Positions 25,413 through 30,516 of a DNA stretch of 30,516 bases are shown here, piece by piece. The stretch's first letter is position 1, and each line of letters starts with the position of its first letter. The notes under the pieces were generated by a model, which saw only the letters and a program-made list of their open reading frames with translations, was not told the DNA's origin and made no database searches. The stretch is from Pseudomonadota bacterium (GTDB lineage Bacteria; Pseudomonadota; Alphaproteobacteria; Acetobacterales; Acetobacteraceae), in contig JAEWCI010000148.1 in the NCBI GenBank assembly GCA_023390705.1, forward strand, positions 1 to 30,516. The letters run 5' to 3'. The position numbers were made by a program, and so were the translations under genes.

Positions 25413-26456
25413 ATGCACAGGCTTCTGATCGCCGCGGCGCTTGCCGCCGGCCTTGCCATTGGCGTGCCGGACGGGGCCGGGGCGCAGTCCCAGCCACAGG
25501 CCCCCGGGCCGACCCTGGCCGCGGTGAAGTCCCGCAACCTGCTGGTCTGCGGCACCTCCACCGGCGCCGCCGGCTTCTCCCTGCCGGACAGCCGCGGGGT
25601 CTATCGCGGTATCGACAACGACCTCTGCCGCGCCATCGCCGCCGCCACGCTGGGCGATGCCGAGAGAATCCGCTGGGTGCCGCTGACCACCCAGGCGCGG
25701 CTGCCGGCGCTGCAATCCGGCCAGGTGGACGTGCTGATCCGCACCGTCACCTGGACCCAGTCGCGCGACACGGCCAACGGGCTGAACTTCACCGCCATCA
25801 ATTTCTATGACGGCCAGGGCTTCCTGGTCCGCCGCTCGCTGAACCTGAACAGGGCGCTGGAGCTGGAAGGCGCCTCCATCTGCGTCACCGCGGGCTCGAC
25901 CAACGAGCTGAACCTGGCCGACTGGGCGCGGACCAACAATGTCCAGTACCAGCCGGTGGTGTTCGAGCAGAATGACGAAACCCGCCGCGCCTACCAGTCC
26001 GGCCGCTGCGACGCCTATTACCCCGATGCGTCGCAACTCGCCGGCCTGCGCGCTTCCTTCACCGATCCGGAGGAGCATGTCATCCTGCCGGACATCATCA
26101 GCAAGGAACCGCATTCCCCGGTGGTGCGGCACGGCGACGACCAGTGGTTCGACATCGTCCGCTGGACCTTCTTCGCCCTGGTGACCGCGGAGGAACTGGG
26201 CATCACCCAGGCCAATCTGGACAGCTTCCTGAACCACGCCAACCCGGAGGTGCGCCGCCTCCTGGGCGATTCCGGCGACCATGGGCCGGTGATGGGGCTG
26301 GACCGCCGGTGGGCCTACAACGCCATCAAGGCGGTGGGCAACTACGGCGAGGTCTTCGAGCGCAACCTGGGCCAGGGCAGCCCGATCAAGCTGCGCCGTG
26401 GCCTGAACGACCTGTGGACCCGCGGCGGGCTGATGTACGCCCCGCCAATCCGCTGA
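25413..26456 (+). CDS. General L-amino acid ABC transporter substrate-binding protein (AapJ/BztA-like)
   Basis: Signal peptide; D.CRAIAAA, LQSG.VDVL.R, FYDGQGFLV, ISKEP..PVVR.GDDQWFDIVRW, AVGNYGEVFERNLG, RGLN.LW..GGLMYAPPIR. Confidence 0.93.
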   Translation: MHRLLIAAALAAGLAIGVPDGAGAQSQPQAPGPTLAAVKSRNLLVCGTSTGAAGFSLPDSRGVYRGIDNDLCRAIAAATLGDAERIRWVPLTTQARLPALQSGQVDVLIRTVTWTQSRDTANGLNFTAINFYDGQGFLVRRSLNLNRALELEGASICVTAGSTNELNLADWARTNNVQYQPVVFEQNDETRRAYQSGRCDAYYPDASQLAGLRASFTDPEEHVILPDIISKEPHSPVVRHGDDQWFDIVRWTFFALVTAEELGITQANLDSFLNHANPEVRRLLGDSGDHGPVMGLDRRWAYNAIKAVGNYGEVFERNLGQGSPIKLRRGLNDLWTRGGLMYAPPIR

Positions 26457-26483
26457 ACGGGGCGCGCGGCGGCGCCATGACAG

Positions 26484-26516
26484 CAGCCGGTGCAGTGTCG
26501 GGCACCGCGCCGGCTG
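26484..26516. terminator. Hairpin between convergent aapJ-like and CBS-BON genes
   Basis: cagccggtgc ... gcgccggctg arms; no U-tail. Confidence 0.4.
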
Positions 26517-26525
26517 TGCTCCGGT

Positions 26526-27221
26526 TCAGGGGGTGAAGCGCAGATAGACCGGCATCGGGGTGAGCTTGTCCTCCACGCCGCGCACGCCGGGCAGCCCGCC
26601 GGCCAGCACCTTCAGCCCCTCCCGCATCACCTCCGACCGGGCGAAGCCGTAGAAGGTCACCACCCCGTCATGCACGTCGGGGAAGACCCAGAAGGTATCG
26701 GTCCAGGGCTGTTCGCGCATCGCCTTGATCACCGCGCGCAGGATTTCGCGGTCGTTCTGCGGCTTCGTATCCGGGGCAGCGGCAGGGCGCAGGACGGCGC
26801 GCAGCAGGTCGGCACGGCTGACCAGGCCGGCCAGCCTGTCTTCGCGCAGCACCAGCACGCGGCGGATGGCGTGCTGTTCCATCAACCGGGCGATCTCCTC
26901 GACCGGGGCGGATTCCTCTACCGTGACCAGGTTCGGCGTCATGACATCCCGCGCCGTCTTGCCATGCGCCTTGGCATAGCGGCGGATCATCGGCTCGGCT
27001 TCCTTGAAGAGGCCGAGGAACCAGCCCAGCGGACCGGGCGGCTGGTCCGCCAGGCGGCGGATCATGTCGCCTTCGGTCACGATCCCGAGCGGCCGGCCTT
27101 CGGCGTCCACCACCGGCACGCCGGAAACGCCGCGCGCGGCCATCAGCTCGGCCACCGCCACCACGGGCATCTCTGGCGGCACCACCACCAGGTTGCTCGA
27201 CATCAACTCCCGTGCCTGCAT
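26526..27221 (-). CDS. CBS-pair plus C-terminal BON domain protein
   Basis: A.ELMS...V.V.P, VSGVPVVD..G...GIVTEGD, ARDVMT, IRRV.V....LAGLVSRADLL; BON-like V.DGVVT..G....PGV.GVED.L; SD ggagg. Confidence 0.9.
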   Translation of the reverse strand: MQARELMSSNLVVVPPEMPVVAVAELMAARGVSGVPVVDAEGRPLGIVTEGDMIRRLADQPPGPLGWFLGLFKEAEPMIRRYAKAHGKTARDVMTPNLVTVEESAPVEEIARLMEQHAIRRVLVLREDRLAGLVSRADLLRAVLRPAAAPDTKPQNDREILRAVIKAMREQPWTDTFWVFPDVHDGVVTFYGFARSEVMREGLKVLAGGLPGVRGVEDKLTPMPVYLRFTP

Positions 27222-27306
27222 GGAAATCCTCCACCTGCTGCCTGGGCCGCACCGCCTTCAGGGCGACGGCGCGGAAAGAATGTGGCGCGAAACCGGGACG
27301 GATTGC

Positions 27307-27320
27307 ATGACCTGCGTCAA
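27307..27320 (-). promoter_or_regulatory. FixK/FNR-type box upstream of the CBS-BON gene
   Basis: TTGAC-GCAG-GTCAT on the minus strand versus TTGA(T/C)-N4-(A/G)TCAA. Confidence 0.55.
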
Positions 27321-27327
27321 TACGGGG

Positions 27328-28572
27328 TCATGCGCGTTCGTAAAGGATCCGGGCGCGAATGGTGCCGGGCAGGCCGCGCAATTCCGCCAGGACTGCATCC
27401 GCGTCATGCGCGGCGCCGGAGTCCACCACGACATAGCCGATCGCGGCATCGGTCTGGAGGTATTCCGCGGCGATGTTGATGCCACGTCGGGAGAAGACGG
27501 CGTTCACTGCCCCCAGTATGCCGGGGACATTGTGGTGCACATGCATGAAGCGCGCCCCGGTCGGCCGCGCCGGCAACTGCACCTGGGGGAAGTTCACCGC
27601 GCCGAGCGTCGCGCCGGTGTCGGAATAATCCACCAGCTTGCGGGCCACTTCCTCGCCGATGCGCTCCTGCGCTTCCTCAGTGCTGCCGCCGATATGCGGC
27701 GTGAGGATGACGTTGCGCAGGCCCTGCAGGGGGGTGACGAAGGGCTCGCCATTGCGGGCCGGTTCCCGGGGAAAGACATCCACCGCCGCGCCGCCCAGGC
27801 GGTTCTCCCGCAGCGCCGCCGCCACAGCGTCCAGATCCAGCACGGTGCCGCGGGCATTGTTGATGAGCAGCGCCTCCGGCTTCATCAGCGCCAGTTGCTC
27901 CGCGCCGATCATGCCGATGGTCTCGGGTGTCTCCGGCACATGGAGCGTCACGATATCGGCCTCGGCCAGCAGCTCCGCCAGGCTGGCGCAGGGACGGGCA
28001 TTGCCGTGCGGCAGCTTGGCCGTGTGGTCCCAGTAGAGGACGCGCATGCCGAAGGATACCGCCAGTACCGAAACCTGGCTGCCGATATTGCCGAAGCCGA
28101 CGATGCCCAGCGTGCGGCCGCGCACCTCATGGCTGCCGGCCGAGGATTTGTCCCAGCCCCCCTGATGCGCGGAGCGGGAGCGGTCCGGGATGGCGCGCAG
28201 CAGCATGACGATCTCGCCCATCGTCAGCTCCGCCACGCTGCGGGTGTTGGAGAAGGGGGCGTTGAACACCGGGATGCCGCGCTCCCGCGCTGCCTCCAGA
28301 TCCACCTGGTTGGTGCCGATGCAGAAGCAGCCCACGGCCATCAGGCGGTCCGCGGCCTCCAGCGCCTCGGCCGTCAGTTGCGTGCGGGAACGGATGCCAA
28401 GGATGTGGACGCCCTGCAGCGCTTCGGCCAGCGCGGCACCTTCCAGCCCCTTGGCGAGACGGGTGACGCTGGCGTAGCCGGCGGCACCGAACAACCCGAC
28501 GGCGCTGTCGGAAACACCTTCGAGCAGCAGCACACGGATGCGGTCCTTGGGGAGGGAAAGGCGGTCGGACAT
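27328..28572 (-). CDS. serA: D-3-phosphoglycerate dehydrogenase (E. coli type with ACT domain)
   Basis: GIRSRT, GCFCIGTNQVDL, NAPFSNTRSVAEL, GIVGFGNIG, NARG, DVFP.EP, TPHIGGSTEEAQ, C-terminal HHNVPGIL ACT domain. Confidence 0.97.
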   Translation of the reverse strand: MSDRLSLPKDRIRVLLLEGVSDSAVGLFGAAGYASVTRLAKGLEGAALAEALQGVHILGIRSRTQLTAEALEAADRLMAVGCFCIGTNQVDLEAARERGIPVFNAPFSNTRSVAELTMGEIVMLLRAIPDRSRSAHQGGWDKSSAGSHEVRGRTLGIVGFGNIGSQVSVLAVSFGMRVLYWDHTAKLPHGNARPCASLAELLAEADIVTLHVPETPETIGMIGAEQLALMKPEALLINNARGTVLDLDAVAAALRENRLGGAAVDVFPREPARNGEPFVTPLQGLRNVILTPHIGGSTEEAQERIGEEVARKLVDYSDTGATLGAVNFPQVQLPARPTGARFMHVHHNVPGILGAVNAVFSRRGINIAAEYLQTDAAIGYVVVDSGAAHDADAVLAELRGLPGTIRARILYERA

Positions 28573-28735
28573 GGCATTATCCCGGGACTTGCGGCGACCG
28601 CCGCCTTCTCCCCCCGGCTGCCGCCGCGGGCAAGCCCTTCCTTGCCCGGCAGCACCGTGATCACGATCCGGCTGCGCCTTGCGGGCCTTCGGGAGAACTC
28701 ACGCCGCTGGCGCTGCCGCCTTGGCCGCGCCCGGC

Positions 28736-29083
28736 CTACAGCAGGGCGGCCAGCTTTTCCGGCGGCCGGCAGAGCGCCGCACCCTTCGGGGTGATGACCA
28801 TGGGGCGCTCGATCAGCACCGGATGGGCCTGCATGGCGGTGATGATCTCCGCCTCGGTCACTCCCGGCCGGTCGAGCCCCAGTTCCTGCCAGGGGGTGTT
28901 CTTGCGGCGGAGCAGTTCGTGGGCGGTCATGCCCGCGGCCTTCAGGGCGGCGCGCAGGGTTGCCTCGTCCGGCGCGGTCTTCAGGTATTCCACCACATGC
29001 GGCTCCCGCCCGGCTTCGCGCAGCGCGGCCAGCACCTTGCGGGAGGTGCCGCAATTGGGATTGTGCCAGATCGTCACGTCCAT
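28736..29083 (-). CDS. arsC: Arsenate reductase, glutaredoxin-dependent ArsC family
   Basis: HNPNCGTSRK, EYLK, LLRRK, HPVLIERP, LCRPPE; SD ggagg. Confidence 0.9.
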   Translation of the reverse strand: MDVTIWHNPNCGTSRKVLAALREAGREPHVVEYLKTAPDEATLRAALKAAGMTAHELLRRKNTPWQELGLDRPGVTEAEIITAMQAHPVLIERPMVITPKGAALCRPPEKLAALL

Positions 29084-29184
29084 GGCGCCATTCCTCCGGT
29101 TCCGTATCCGATCCTGCCGGTCATCGCTGCATCGAACAACTCTCGTGAGGCTGCGGCGTTACTGTCATGGGGAGGTATGGACTG

Positions 29185-29481
29185 ATGGACAGGGACTTCC
29201 TGGAAGCCGTGAAGCACAACGATTTGGCGACGGTACGTAGCTGCCTGGCTGATCTTTGCCACCTGCCGCACCTGCCGCGTGAGGGCGATACCACGGCGCT
29301 GATGCTGGCCGCCGCCGCCGGCCATGACGAGATGGTGGCGTTGCTGCTGCAGTATGGCGCCGACCCTGCCCGGTGCGACGCCGCTGGCCGGACAGCCGCC
29401 GACCACGCCCAGGCCCATGGGCATGTGCTGCTGGCATCTCAGTTGGCGACGGATGGGCAGATGGAACTGGTGCTTCGCTAG
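29185..29481 (+). CDS. Small ankyrin-repeat protein
   Basis: GDTTALMLAAAAGHDEMVALLLQYGADP and GRTAADHAQAHGH ankyrin consensus; SD ggagg at 29171-29175. Confidence 0.85.
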   Translation: MDRDFLEAVKHNDLATVRSCLADLCHLPHLPREGDTTALMLAAAAGHDEMVALLLQYGADPARCDAAGRTAADHAQAHGHVLLASQLATDGQMELVLR

Positions 29482-29530
29482 ATCAGCGACCTGCCGGTCC
29501 AGGCACCGGGGCCCTCCCGTGAAAGGTGCT

Positions 29531-29863
29531 TCAAGCCGGCCGCCAGCGGACCAGGTGACCAAGTTCCGGTGCCGCCTCCCGTCCTTCCTGGATGATCGTC
29601 AGCAGATCAACATTGCCCTGGCCGGGAATCTCCAGGATCGGCGGCTCCATCGAGGCGATACGGCTGCCCTCCGGCGCCTCGACATGGCCAGCCGGGTGCA
29701 TCTGGCCGGCATTGGCGGCTTCGTTGCCCATGGGATGGGCGTCCGAGGGCTCGTCGTTGCCGGCATAGCCACCAGGCTTCACCGGCATGAAGGAATAACG
29801 GGTTTCCGGCGCGGCGCCGGGCCGGGAGATCTCATAGCGGTAGACCGGGAATCCTGCAGCCAC
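29531..29863 (-). CDS. Hypothetical 110-aa protein (MAAGFPVYRYEISRPG...)
   Basis: GTG at 29863 with SD aggagg 5 nt upstream; GC3-biased codons; EcfG-type promoter immediately upstream. Confidence 0.65.
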   Translation of the reverse strand: MAAGFPVYRYEISRPGAAPETRYSFMPVKPGGYAGNDEPSDAHPMGNEAANAGQMHPAGHVEAPEGSRIASMEPPILEIPGQGNVDLLTIIQEGREAAPELGHLVRWRPA

Positions 29864-29884
29864 GGCATCCTCCTGTCGCCGGGC

Positions 29885-29909
29885 AACGCCCGGGCGGAAC
29901 AGGCGTTCC
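29885..29909 (-). promoter_or_regulatory. EcfG (general stress response sigma) promoter
   Basis: Exact GGAAC-N16-CGTT on the minus strand. Confidence 0.7.
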
Positions 29910-29948
29910 CGGCCGGGCCAGGCCAGGGAGGCCCAGGGAAGCAAGGAT

Positions 29949-30342
29949 GGCGAAATCGGCAACCTGCCGGCCCTGGCCGCCGGCATGCCTGGCATGCAGG
30001 GCGGCAACATCCACCCCCTGGCGATCGCCTATGGCAAGCGCTGGCCGACCCTGCCGGAGACGCCCAGCATGGCGGAAGCCGGCTTCTCCCGGGTGGAGGT
30101 ACCGACCTGGCATGCCCTCCTGGCATGCCCTGGTCCGGCCGCGCGGCCTGCCGGACGGTATCCGTGACAGGCTTGCCCGGGAAATGCGGGAGATCCTGTT
30201 CGCCCCCGCCATGCGGGAGCGGCTGCCGCAGCTTGGGGCCGAGTCGGTGGCGAGCGACCCGGCCGGGCTCGTGGCCTGGACCGCGGTGGAATCGAACCGC
30301 TATGGAGAACTGGTCCGGCGCCTGGGGATCAGGGGCGAGTAG
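29949..30342 (+). pseudogene. 5'-truncated, frameshifted Bug/TctC binding-protein remnant
   Basis: Frame 1 reads GNIHPLAIA..KRWPTLPETPSMAEAGF....PTWHAL; frame 2 reads WHALVRPRGLPDGIRDRL...YGELVRRLGIRGE. The frames join at the 13-bp tandem duplication cctggcatgccct (30106-30118, 30119-30131). The N-terminal part is missing. Confidence 0.8.
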
Positions 30343-30381
30343 CCGCCCTGCGACCCATGCATGGCCGCCCCATCCTTAGTG

Positions 30382-30516
30382 CTTGCAAAAACCCTCCGGA
30401 TTGCTCATTTGTCCGCCCCGATAGCAGCGATTCCCTGAACCCTTGTGGGCGGGCGGTGCGGGGCGAAGTCCCCGCCCGGGCCGCTTTTCGACTATGGAGG
30501 CCCATCGTGGCGCGCA
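30382..30516 (+). promoter_or_regulatory. Putative promoter, leader and start of the next gene
   Basis: CTTGCA-N17-TCATTT (30382-30410) resembles the ibpA promoter; SD ggagg at 30496-30500 and GTG at 30507 (M-A-R...). Confidence 0.4.

Noticed and set aside
28573..28735. Hairpin-rich serA upstream region as a riboswitch or attenuator
   Set aside because: No recognisable aptamer motif or Ser-rich leader; the gggcaag/cttgccc stem is compatible with an ordinary terminator or chance pairing at this GC content.
1..30516. Defence island, prophage, IS element or novel multi-gene system
   Set aside because: No nuclease, transposase, integrase, reverse transcriptase or phage motifs; composition looks uniform; nearly every large ORF maps to a known housekeeping family.

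Overview
High-GC (roughly 70% by eye) alphaproteobacterial chromosome segment. Gene content and order suggest a free-living Acetobacteraceae of the Roseomonas group (inference). It is mostly core or housekeeping DNA. Left part: partial Bug/TctC binding protein, DoxX, long-chain acyl-CoA synthetase, pepF-ABC1/UbiB kinase, three-gene pntAA-pntAB-pntB transhydrogenase, mgtA-type P-ATPase, enoyl-CoA hydratase. Middle: rpsU/def/COQ9-like, two tandem OmpA paralogues, purE-purK, two divergent DUF465 genes, trcR (DUF1013), DUF1192, an Hsp20 with sigma32-like promoter and ROSE-like thermometer. Right: rpmE, pdxY, orphan AapJ-like binding protein, CBS-BON protein, serA, arsC, small ankyrin protein, decayed Bug/TctC fragment. 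I found no transposase, integrase, CRISPR array, rRNA, tRNA or defence system, and I cannot support a large novel multi-gene system here. The most interesting signals are sub-gene scale: (1) four intergenic GANTC-containing bipartite palindromic elements resembling CIR/BRU-RS repeats; (2) a 25-aa membrane micro-protein absent from the ORF track and a 110-aa orphan gene, each behind an EcfG-type promoter motif; (3) a long rod-shaped hairpin between DUF465 and trcR; (4) a FixK/FNR box before the CBS-BON gene; (5) a 13-bp tandem duplication frameshifting a tctC remnant.
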